This document shows, one piece after another, positions 56,925 through 64,000 of a stretch of DNA of 64,000 bases. The DNA comes from Nannocystaceae bacterium (GTDB taxonomy: Bacteria; Myxococcota_A; Polyangia; Nannocystales; Nannocystaceae), in contig JAXLYC010000019.1 in the NCBI GenBank assembly GCA_046351635.1, forward strand, positions 46,035 through 110,034, in the 5' to 3' direction. The translations under genes and the position numbers were made by a program. Numbering within the stretch: the first letter of the stretch is position 1; each line of letters begins with the position of its first letter. The notes under the pieces were generated by a model that was not told the origin of the DNA, searched no databases, and saw only the letters and a list, made by a program, of their open reading frames with translations.

Positions 56925-58112
56925 ATGCGTCTCGCCTTGTCCACCCTCGTGCTCTGTGCCCTCGCGACCGCGTGCGAACAGCAGCAGCAGCCGACCAACA
57001 ACCCCGAGCCCGTCGCGGCGGCCCCGGCCAAGCCGGTCAAGCCGATCCCGGAGAACTTCTTCGCGGTCACGCCGCAGCTGACCGTCGTGGGCGTCGACAC
57101 TGCGGTCGACTTCTACGTCAAGGCGCTGGGCGCCCAGAAGCTCTTCTCGCTGCCGGGTCCCGACGGCACGACGATCCATGCCGAGGTCAAGATCGGCGAC
57201 TCGATCGTGATGATCGACGAGCAGAACCTCGAGCAGGGCGCGAAGGCGCCGACGACCCTGGGCGGCACACCGGCCACGCTCATGGTCTACGTGCCCGATG
57301 CCGATGCGGCGTTCGCCACCGCCGTCGCGGCCGGCGCGACCGCGGAGCGCCCCATCGAGGAGCAGTTCTGGGGTGACCGCTACGGTCAGCTCATCGACCC
57401 CGCGGGTCACCGCTGGGCGCTCGCGACCCACGTCGAGGATCTCACGCCCGAGCAGATGCAGCAGCGCGGCGCGATCGTGATGGCCGAGATGGACCCCAAG
57501 GCCAAGAAGAAGAAGAAGAAGGCCAAGAAGGGCGCGCCACCGGCATGGAAGGCGATCGCGGGCACGCCCGCGACCGCACCGGTGCCGCCGCCGTACCACA
57601 CCGTCACGGTCGCGCTGACCACCGACGATGCCGCCAAGGCCATCGAGTTCTACAAGACCGCGCTGGGCGCGACCGAGCGCGACCGCATGGTCGATCCCAG
57701 CGGCAAGATCATGCACGCGGAGCTCGCGATCGGCGACTCGTTCCTGATGCTCAGCGACGAGTACCCGGCGATGGGCAGCAAGGCCGCCAAGACCCTCGGC
57801 GGCTCGCCGGTCGCGTTGATGTTCTACACCGAGGATGTCGACGCGGCGTACGCGAAGGCCACCGGCGCGGGCGCGACCGCGGCGTTGCCGGTCGCGGACA
57901 TGTTCTGGGGTGATCGCTACGGCGCCGTGCTCGACGCGGCCGGGTACCTGTGGGGCATCGCCACGCACAAGGAAGACCTGACGCCCGAGCAGATCGCCGA
58001 GCGTGCGAAGGCCGCGATGCCGGCCGCCGCCGCGCCGACCGAGGCTGCGCCCGCGGGCGATGCGGCCGCGGCGACGCCGGCCGCGACCCCGGCCGCGCCG
58101 CCGGCGGGCTGA
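56925..58112 (+). CDS. Lipoprotein with two tandem VOC (glyoxalase/bleomycin-resistance, PhnB-like) domains joined by a poly-Lys linker
   Basis: ATG 56925 has AAGGG upstream and gives MRLALSTLVLCALATAC. Two copies of …FY(V)KALGA…IHAE(L)…IGDS…M…DE…FWGDRYG…D.AG..W… are present. The linker is KAKKKKKKAKKG, encoded by (aag)6 at 57504–57521. Confidence 0.8.
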   Translation: MRLALSTLVLCALATACEQQQQPTNNPEPVAAAPAKPVKPIPENFFAVTPQLTVVGVDTAVDFYVKALGAQKLFSLPGPDGTTIHAEVKIGDSIVMIDEQNLEQGAKAPTTLGGTPATLMVYVPDADAAFATAVAAGATAERPIEEQFWGDRYGQLIDPAGHRWALATHVEDLTPEQMQQRGAIVMAEMDPKAKKKKKKAKKGAPPAWKAIAGTPATAPVPPPYHTVTVALTTDDAAKAIEFYKTALGATERDRMVDPSGKIMHAELAIGDSFLMLSDEYPAMGSKAAKTLGGSPVALMFYTEDVDAAYAKATGAGATAALPVADMFWGDRYGAVLDAAGYLWGIATHKEDLTPEQIAERAKAAMPAAAAPTEAAPAGDAAAATPAATPAAPPAG

Positions 58113-58253
58113 AGCTTCGCGTCGCGCGGGCCAGGCGAGTTGCCTGGCCCGGCGCGGTGCAGATTGCCCAACCGCAGCACCGTCACGGGTGCCGCGCGCT
58201 GACGATCGCTGGGATCGTGATTCGGGGCACACCCGTTGCAGAGGTGCGCTCGC

Positions 58254-59699
58254 ATGCGGATGTGGGCAACGTTGCGAAAAGCGTCGATCGCGATCGCGAT
58301 CGCGAGCACCCAGGGCTGCGGCGCGTCACCGGGCGTAGGCCCGTGCGACGACCCGCTGGGCTGCTTCCCCGTCGCGCCGGGTGACACCGGCACCACCGGC
58401 TGGACGCCGACCAGCGACGGCGAGCCCGGCTCGGGCAGCGGCTCGGAGTCCAGCAGCGGCGGCGCGCTCGACACCGGCGAGCCCGCGGGGCCGCAGCTGC
58501 CGTGCGACGTCGCTGCGGCGCTGTCGCGCGCGTGCGGCGATTGCCACGGCGAGGCGCCGAGCTTCGGCGCACCGATGCCGCTGGCGAGCTACGACGACCT
58601 GCACGTGCCGGCGCTGACCGACCCCACGCGCAAGGTCTACGAGCTCGTGGCCGAGCGCATCGAGGCCGACACCAAGATGATGCCGCCCGACGGCGACATC
58701 ACCGACGACGAGCGCGCGGCGTTGTTGTCGTGGATCGAGGCCGGCGCGCCGGCGGATCCGTCGGCGGACTGCGACGACCTCCCGCCGCCCGAGGACGACG
58801 GCGTCGGCCCGGAGTCGCTGCCGTGCGACAACCCGCTCGAGCTGCGGGCCCACGCGCCCGGCAGCGACGAGCCCTTCGCGGTGCCGGCCCAGGGCGCCGA
58901 CGATCTCTACCAGTGCTTCGCCTTCAAGGCGCCGTTCACCGAGCCGACCCAGGCGCTGGCGTGGGCGCCGATCATCGACGACGAGCGCGTGGTCCACCAC
59001 TGGATCTTGTACCGCACGACCGAGCCGCACGAAGACGGCGAGGTGTTCCCGTGCGACGTGTCGCTGCAGGTCACTGCGGAGTTCGTCGCGGGTTGGGCCC
59101 CCGGCGGCGGCAACGTCGAGATGCCGGCCGGCGTGGGTCTCGAGCTCGGCGCACCCGAGGACTACTACGTGCTGCAGCTGCACTACCACAACGCCGCGCA
59201 CTACGACGACGCGGCCGATCGCAGCGGCGTGGCCTTCTGCGTCGCCGACACGCCGCAACCCCAGACCGCGGGCGTGCTGACCCTGGGCACCACCAGCATC
59301 AACATCCCGCCCGGCGCCGTCGGTCACGACGAGGTCGGCACCTGCGGCGGCCTGCTCACGCTGTTCTGGCCCGGCCCGCTGCACGTGCTGGGCTCGTCCC
59401 CGCACATGCACCAACTCGGGCGAGCCTTCCGCACCGAACTCATCCGCTCGGGCGGCGGCGGCAACGACATGATCGTCGACGTGCCGCAGTTCAACTTCGA
59501 GAACCAGGCGATGTACCTGCTCGAGCAGGAGATCGTGGTGAACCCGGGCGACACCTTGCGCACCACGTGCAGCTTCGACAACCCCGGCACCGAGACGGTG
59601 CACTTCGGCGAGGGCACCGGCGACGAGATGTGCTTCGGCTTCGTGCTGGCGTATCCGATCCAGCAGCTGGGCAATCGCAACTGCGGGATCGTGTTCTAG
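58254..59699 (+). CDS. Copper type II ascorbate-dependent monooxygenase-like (PHM/DBH-like) lipoprotein
   Basis: ATG 58254 has GAGGTG 8 nt upstream and gives MRMWATLRKASIAIAIASTQGC. The CuH-like site is VVHHWILY…LQLHYHN. The CuM-like site is PHMHQLG…DEMCFGF. Confidence 0.65.
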   Translation: MRMWATLRKASIAIAIASTQGCGASPGVGPCDDPLGCFPVAPGDTGTTGWTPTSDGEPGSGSGSESSSGGALDTGEPAGPQLPCDVAAALSRACGDCHGEAPSFGAPMPLASYDDLHVPALTDPTRKVYELVAERIEADTKMMPPDGDITDDERAALLSWIEAGAPADPSADCDDLPPPEDDGVGPESLPCDNPLELRAHAPGSDEPFAVPAQGADDLYQCFAFKAPFTEPTQALAWAPIIDDERVVHHWILYRTTEPHEDGEVFPCDVSLQVTAEFVAGWAPGGGNVEMPAGVGLELGAPEDYYVLQLHYHNAAHYDDAADRSGVAFCVADTPQPQTAGVLTLGTTSINIPPGAVGHDEVGTCGGLLTLFWPGPLHVLGSSPHMHQLGRAFRTELIRSGGGGNDMIVDVPQFNFENQAMYLLEQEIVVNPGDTLRTTCSFDNPGTETVHFGEGTGDEMCFGFVLAYPIQQLGNRNCGIVF

Positions 59700-59738
59700 C
59701 GGGATGCGGAAGAACGCTCGCGTGCTTCCGCACCCTGC

Positions 59739-61364
59739 TCACTCGCAGCCGGTCAGGCCCTTGATCGCCGGCGCGTTGGGGTAGTTCGTCTTCGCCTCGC
59801 AGCCGCGGCTGTTCCGCAGCGGGGCGAGCGTCGCACGACCCGCGGTCTGCACCGCCTTGAAGTGCGCCTCGACCATCGCGCCGAAGCCGTTGTTGTCGGC
59901 GAGGCAGAAGCCCACGCCGTCGGTGGCGCACTTGGCCGAGGTCACCGCGCCGCTGGCGAGCTTGTTCGCGAGATCCTGCAGCGAGGCCGCGTCGGCGCTG
60001 GCGAGCGCCACGAACTTGCCGCTGGTGGGCGACTTGAGCGGGATCGTGGCCGGCAGATCGGTGCCGCCGATGCCGAAGTCGTCCTTGTGCAGCGTCAGGA
60101 TCTCCTCGAGCAGCGGACCCATGATGTCGGAGTTCTTGGCCCCGGCCGGCGGCGCGGCCTGCACCCGCGGCAGCGCGTTGTGCCACAGCTGGCAGCGGAA
60201 CGACGACAGCGTCGGCGTGTGCCAGTCGAGCGCGCGCACGCGCATGACCTGATCGGCGCTCAGCGCCCGCACCGCGAGCAGCTGCTTCTCGTAGGCCACG
60301 GTCGCGGCGCCGCGGGTCGGCATCATCGTCAGCGGGTCGGGCGTGCTCGCCGGCGACAGCCGCATGACCTTGTCCTGCCACCAGTCCCACGGCCAACCCG
60401 TGCCCATGAGCTGGAAGTAGACCGACGCGAGGCCCTCGTCGACGGTGGCGTTGGCCGACAGCAGCCCGCTCTTGCCGTCCTCGGTGACGTAGGTGAGCTG
60501 CTCGTCGCAGAACAGCGGCCGCAGCAGCGACATCGCCTCGTCGACGTTGGCGGGGTTGCGACGGATCCGCAGCCGCGCGGTCGCGATGCGCTGGGTGAAG
60601 GCCGAACGGATGGTCTGCTCCAGCCGCGCGGCCGACTTGCGCAGCGGCGAGCCGACTCCGGCGAGCTGCTTGAAGTTGGGCGCGTTCTGGGTCGCGTCCG
60701 AGACCGTGTGATCGAAGCTCTGCGGCTCGGCGAACCAGTGCTGCCACGGCGCCGACAGCTCGTTCATGATCGGCGTCATCGGCATCGCCAGCCCCTCGAT
60801 GTGCTCGGGCTGGGTGTGGCACTCCTTGCAGTCGCTGGGATCGATCTGCAGCGCCATCTTGGTCTTGCTGCCCTTGACCGGCACCGCCTTGTAGAAGCGG
60901 TACTGGAACGCGGTCGCGTCCCACGCGAACATCTCGATCGTGCGGGTGTCGACGTCGACCTTGCCCTTGTCCGGGAACGACAGCGCGAAGAAGGCGAGGT
61001 CGGCCTTGGTGCGGTCGGTCGAGCACAGCGTGTTGACGACGCGCGGGAACGACGTCGTGGTGTCGGCCACGAGGTCGTCGGAGATCACGTAGGAGTCGAT
61101 CGTGTCCTCGCCGCAGCCCTGGGCCATCGCGATGGCCTTGAGCATGTCGAGGTAGGGCATCGCGAACTGGCCCTTCTTGTCGAGCTTGGTCTTGAGGAAG
61201 TTGGCGATCGGATCGTTGAACATCGCCAGCTGCGCGGCCGCGGCCCCGGCCGCATCGCACTTGCCGTCCTCGCAGACGGTCTCGTCCTCGTCGCCCTCGT
61301 CGGCCTCGTCGCAACCCAGCGGCAGCGCGGTGCAGCCCAGCGCGAGCACGAGCTTCGCGAGCAT
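59739..61364 (-). CDS. Hypothetical lipoprotein with a single C-x-x-C-H heme-binding-type motif
   Basis: ATG 61364 gives MLAKLVLALGCTALPLGC. The motif DPSDCKECHTQPEH is present. The protein is 541 aa and convergent with the monooxygenase gene. Confidence 0.65.
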   Translation of the reverse strand: MLAKLVLALGCTALPLGCDEADEGDEDETVCEDGKCDAAGAAAAQLAMFNDPIANFLKTKLDKKGQFAMPYLDMLKAIAMAQGCGEDTIDSYVISDDLVADTTTSFPRVVNTLCSTDRTKADLAFFALSFPDKGKVDVDTRTIEMFAWDATAFQYRFYKAVPVKGSKTKMALQIDPSDCKECHTQPEHIEGLAMPMTPIMNELSAPWQHWFAEPQSFDHTVSDATQNAPNFKQLAGVGSPLRKSAARLEQTIRSAFTQRIATARLRIRRNPANVDEAMSLLRPLFCDEQLTYVTEDGKSGLLSANATVDEGLASVYFQLMGTGWPWDWWQDKVMRLSPASTPDPLTMMPTRGAATVAYEKQLLAVRALSADQVMRVRALDWHTPTLSSFRCQLWHNALPRVQAAPPAGAKNSDIMGPLLEEILTLHKDDFGIGGTDLPATIPLKSPTSGKFVALASADAASLQDLANKLASGAVTSAKCATDGVGFCLADNNGFGAMVEAHFKAVQTAGRATLAPLRNSRGCEAKTNYPNAPAIKGLTGCE

Positions 61365-61617
61365 GCGTTCAGTCCCCAAGCCAGTTCTCGCCCCGGTCAT
61401 CGGCCTACTAGTGCGGCACGGGGCGCAGCCGTTCGGATCAGCGTGGCGTTGGGGGCATCACGACCCAGCGATCGCTGCGATCGCGGCGGGCGACGTAGCC
61501 TGGCCCACCGCCGCAGCCGGGGCTGCGGGCATTCTCACGGGGGTTTCGACCCGTCGCAGCCCGGCGCGCCGGCTCGAGCGTCGCGCCCCGGGGGAGCCGA
61601 CGCAGCGCGATGCGCGG

Positions 61618-63657
61618 TCAGAAGCTCGCGGCGATCACCGAGTTGCCGCCGTCGCGGCTCACGCTCTGCGCGTGGATGGCCAACACCGCAGTGCCCGGCG
61701 GCAGGCCCAGCTTGCTGCTGAGATCGATCTGCGGCAGCGTGATCTTGCCAAAGCCCGTGGTGCCGAGCTGGCCCAGCACGCCGTTGACCAGCTGGGCCTC
61801 GAGCAGATCGACGAGCGCCGGCTCCATCTCGAGGTTGCCGTCGTTGGCGGTCAGCTCGGTCTGGACCTCGACGACCTCGTCGAGGTCCAGCTGGATGCCG
61901 TCGTCGGTGGCGCTGATGCCCATGCGCACGATCAACGTGGTGAACGCGGTGAACTCGACGACGTTGTTGCCGCTCTTGAAGCTGGCGTCGATGCGGATGT
62001 CGCCGATGGTCGCGAGCGTGGTGCCGTCGGGGCCGCAGTCGGAGACCGTCGGCGCGAGCATGCCGCTGACGTCGACCTGCAGATCCTCGAGCAGGCCGCC
62101 GCCGACCGAGTCGCCGCCCAGCGGGAACTCGAGCAGGCCGCCGCGCCAGCCCGCGAAGAGCAGCTGGTTGAGGGTGTCGTCGGCGATCGCGATCTCCAGC
62201 GGCGCCTCGCGCGGCAGCGACAGCGCCTGCATCTGCGTGCCGCAGCCCTCGCGCAGGGGCACACCGTCGTTGTCGTACGGCGTCACCGCGAGCGTGGGAT
62301 AGCCACCGGCCCGCAGCACCACCGCGCCACCGCGCGGCGGCGAGGGCTCGGGCGGCGCGATGCCGTCGTGGAAGTCGGTCTCGGTGAAGTCGGCCGCGAG
62401 CTCGACCGGGATCGACTGCCGCGCGTTGCCGAGGTTGGGAAAGTCGAATGTGGTCGCGAGCGAGAGGTCCGAGAGGCCACCTGCGAGCGCGGGCCCGAGG
62501 TTGCTCTCGATCTGATCCTCGAGCGCGCCCTCGAGCGACGACACCAGCGAGTCGTGGATGAACAGCTCGATGACCGACAGCAGGAAGTCGGTCCAGCCGT
62601 TGTTGGACCAGATCTCGACGTCGTCGGGATCGACCGAGGCATCGACGTTCACCAGCTGGGCGGTGAGCTGGTGCTGCGGGTCGACGCCGAGCACGAGCAG
62701 GCCCTCGACCTGCACCGCGGCGACGCTGACGCCACCGGTGCCGTCGCCGCCGGCGAGCTCGCACGCGAAGTTGGTGCAGTCGAACTGCAGATCGCCGGTG
62801 ATGTCCTGGATCGCCGCACCGATGGCGATGCCGCCATCGGTGCCCTGCAGCGACACCGTCGCGCTGCCGAGATCGAGCGAGGTCAGGTAGACGTCGTAGC
62901 CCGCCTGGCTCGCGATGGGACTGTCGCCATTGGCGAACTGGTTGGTGTCGAAGGCGCCCAGTGCCAGCTCCAGTGCGGTCGCGAGGTCGTCGATCGGCTG
63001 CGCGTGGTCACCATCGTCGAGCGACTCCTGACCCAGCCAGAAGCCCAGCCCCTCGGGCACCGGCGCGTCGCCGGGGACCATGGGCTCGAGGAACGCGCTC
63101 GACCACAGCAGCGACTGCACGCGGCGGCGGTGGTTGCCGGCGTCGTCCTCGGCCTCGAACACCAGCAGGTTGCCGCCGACGTTCACCGGCACGACGTGGC
63201 TGAAGCTGCCGTCGTCTGCGACGTCGACCGGTTCACCGCCCAGGGTCAGCGACGTGATCGAGCCCAGGCCGCTGCGGACCGTGCCGGTGACGACGACCGA
63301 GGGATCGCCGGCCTGACCGATCACGGTCGCCGCACGCGGCGGGAACTCGACGTCGATGATCGGCCGACAGGCGTTGTCGAGCTGCGGCTCGTGGGTGCAG
63401 CTGCCCGACGCGCAGCTGTCGAGCGTGCACGGGTCGTCGTCGTCGCACAGCGCCTCGCAGTCGTCGCCCGAGTCGGCACTGCCGGCGCCCGTGGGCGTGG
63501 TGTCGTTCGCGGCGCCGGTGCTGTCGCCGCTGGCGCCACCGTCACCGGCGTGGCCGGCATCGTCGCCACACGCCGACAGGCCCGATGCGATCGCGATGGT
63601 GCTGCCCACGACCACCGCGGCGCACAGGCCCGAAATGCCCCACAGCCCCCTGCGCAT
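61618..63657 (-). CDS. Hypothetical large lipoprotein (679 aa)
   Basis: ATG 63657 gives MRRGLWGISGLCAAVVVGSTIAIASGLSAC, followed by an Asp/Gly-rich Cys-containing N-terminal region. Confidence 0.7.
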   Translation of the reverse strand: MRRGLWGISGLCAAVVVGSTIAIASGLSACGDDAGHAGDGGASGDSTGAANDTTPTGAGSADSGDDCEALCDDDDPCTLDSCASGSCTHEPQLDNACRPIIDVEFPPRAATVIGQAGDPSVVVTGTVRSGLGSITSLTLGGEPVDVADDGSFSHVVPVNVGGNLLVFEAEDDAGNHRRRVQSLLWSSAFLEPMVPGDAPVPEGLGFWLGQESLDDGDHAQPIDDLATALELALGAFDTNQFANGDSPIASQAGYDVYLTSLDLGSATVSLQGTDGGIAIGAAIQDITGDLQFDCTNFACELAGGDGTGGVSVAAVQVEGLLVLGVDPQHQLTAQLVNVDASVDPDDVEIWSNNGWTDFLLSVIELFIHDSLVSSLEGALEDQIESNLGPALAGGLSDLSLATTFDFPNLGNARQSIPVELAADFTETDFHDGIAPPEPSPPRGGAVVLRAGGYPTLAVTPYDNDGVPLREGCGTQMQALSLPREAPLEIAIADDTLNQLLFAGWRGGLLEFPLGGDSVGGGLLEDLQVDVSGMLAPTVSDCGPDGTTLATIGDIRIDASFKSGNNVVEFTAFTTLIVRMGISATDDGIQLDLDEVVEVQTELTANDGNLEMEPALVDLLEAQLVNGVLGQLGTTGFGKITLPQIDLSSKLGLPPGTAVLAIHAQSVSRDGGNSVIAASF

Positions 63658-63745
63658 CCCGATCCACCGTAGCACGACCGGGCCGCGCTGCAGGCGTTCG
63701 TCGCGGTTCTTGGTGCGGGCGCACGGCCGTGGCTACTCTTTCGTC

Positions 63746-64000
63746 ATGGTGCCATCGCCTGCGTGGACTCGGACTTCGGCATGGGCGCGCCGCGGCACGA
63801 CGTGCGCGGTCGCGCCGGCGGGACTGTGGCTGCTCGCGGTGACCGGCTGCGCGGATCCGTGTCTCGACGACGGCCTGGGCCAGTCCGCGTGCCCGGTGCA
63901 GGACGTGGGCACCGACACCGAGGGCGGCTCGAGCAGCGCGGGCTCGGCCAGCGCGAGCGCGACGATGACCGCGGGCTCGCTCAGCGACAGCGACAGCGCG
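63746..64000 (+). CDS. Lipoprotein, N-terminal part; the 3' end lies outside the window
   Basis: ATG 63746 gives MVPSPAWTRTSAWARRGTTCAVAPAGLWLLAVTGCADPCLDDG…, with a lipobox VTGC. The frame stays open to the window end and is divergent from the 63657 gene. Confidence 0.4.
   Translation, partial: MVPSPAWTRTSAWARRGTTCAVAPAGLWLLAVTGCADPCLDDGLGQSACPVQDVGTDTEGGSSSAGSASASATMTAGSLSDSDSA

Noticed and set aside
61517-61536. GC-rich hairpin (CCGCAGC-CGGG-GCTGCGG) as a rho-independent terminator
   Set aside because: There is no U-tract on either strand, so I did not call it a terminator.
59862-61721. 619-aa plus-strand ORF antisense to the CxxCH lipoprotein
   Set aside because: It is low-complexity (R/G/A/L/V) and antisense to a gene with a clear lipoprotein signal and RBS.
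1-64000. tRNA, rRNA, CRISPR arrays, IS elements and transposases
   Set aside because: No cloverleaf-like conserved tRNA boxes, no repeat-spacer arrays, and no transposase or integrase-like ORFs were recognised by eye in the intergenic regions or ORF translations. None is reported.

Overview
This is a ~70% GC window dense with lipoprotein genes. It carries MYXO-CTERM-like and Myxococcus-type cysteine-rich repeat signatures, several secreted proteases and paired Ser/Thr kinases with TPR tails, so it most likely comes from a myxobacterium (Myxococcales). That guess is inference from sequence features. I call about 59 protein-coding features and no rRNA, tRNA, CRISPR or mobile elements. The most interesting locus is a bacterial homologue of the eukaryotic major vault protein (MVP, 843 aa, minus strand 30735..33266). 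It sits in an apparent operon after a TPR Ser/Thr kinase and a 2H (LigT-like) phosphoesterase, and is divergently flanked by an ECF sigma factor. The second is a carboxymuconolactone-decarboxylase/AhpD-like gene (48192..48746, minus) with an in-frame TGA exactly where the second Cys of the C-x-x-C-x-x-x-H motif is expected, followed by a SECIS-like hairpin, which makes it a candidate selenoprotein. The third is an unusually high number of apparent single-nucleotide frameshifts inside otherwise well-conserved genes: M50 protease, cydB (two), a Ser/Thr kinase (two), a PQQ-repeat lipoprotein, a DUF2378-like gene and a zinc-ribbon paralogue. These point to consensus indel errors, or less likely to genuine pseudogenisation. 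Other notable items are a tandem pair of zinc-ribbon membrane-protein paralogues, a lipoprotein with three ~135-aa tandem repeats after a Myxococcus Cys-rich repeat, a lipoprotein with a perfect (GGES)13 micro-repeat, a PHM/DBH-like copper monooxygenase lipoprotein, a CarF/TMEM189-like histidine-box membrane protein, and a Crp–S41 protease–lipoprotein operon with translational coupling. Many long alternative-frame ORFs in the six-frame track are high-GC artefacts and were rejected.
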